Assembly (NCBI GenBank): GCA_048885535.1
Contig: JBHLLO010000067.1
Location: forward strand, 1-16,926
DNA length: 16,926 nucleotides
Direction: 5' to 3'
From: Candidatus Hermodarchaeota archaeon
GTDB lineage: Archaea; Asgardarchaeota; Lokiarchaeia; Sigyniarchaeales; SOKP01
Shown here: positions 16,832-16,926 of the stretch, in pieces
Numbering within the stretch: position 1 is the first letter of the stretch
Layout: each line of letters starts with the position of its first letter
Position numbers and translations under genes: made by a program
The notes under the pieces: model-generated
Database searches by the model: none
The model's input: only the letters and a program-made list of their open reading frames with translations
Told to the model about the DNA's origin: nothing

Positions 16832-16926
16832 ATAACTTTAGAAGATATTATCCTTTTAATAATAATTTTTAGCATTTTTGGGATTATATTAATTAGTTAT
16901 TCATCTAAAAGTATAGATTTTGTGGC
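16832..16926 (+). CDS. 5' end of a membrane protein running off the right edge ((M)TLEDIILLIIIFSIFGIILISYSSKSIDFV...)
   Basis: Open frame encoding a TM helix. AGTGA (16821-16825) lies 6 nt before ATA 16832, with an in-frame TGA immediately upstream. Divergent from the RMD1-like gene. Confidence 0.55.
   Translation, partial: MTLEDIILLIIIFSIFGIILISYSSKSIDFV

Noticed and set aside
16897-16926. Minus-strand frame ending ...ATKSILLDE-stop at the right edge
   Set aside because: Only 9 codons are visible. The plus-strand TM-encoding frame with an RBS explains the region better, though flanking sequence is needed to be sure.

Overview
Very AT-rich, gene-dense archaeal-type chromosomal segment. It has GGTGA-like ribosome-binding sites, TTTATAWA boxes, many TTG starts and a Roadblock-like coiled-coil protein. 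An Asgard/Lokiarchaeia origin is my inference and has not been checked. Recognisable genes: an MFS permease, a CopA P1B-ATPase with an extended C-terminal metal-binding tail, IscU, a divergent beta-CASP nuclease with a duplicated N-terminal domain, an ArsB/NhaD-type transporter, MobA, a methyltransferase/ATP-grasp fusion, an ARPP-1-like protein and an RMD1-like protein. The ORF track misses two things. (1) Two paralogous micro-genes (7623-7775 and 11718-11849, minus strand) encode 50-aa and 43-aa peptides of about 70% Asp/Glu with regularly spaced Trp/Phe, and share a 47-bp promoter that is 45/47 identical. (2) Four genes appear to initiate at ATC, ATA or ATT, 6-7 nt after a GGTGA-like site. 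No rRNA, tRNA, CRISPR array, integrase or transposase was seen.
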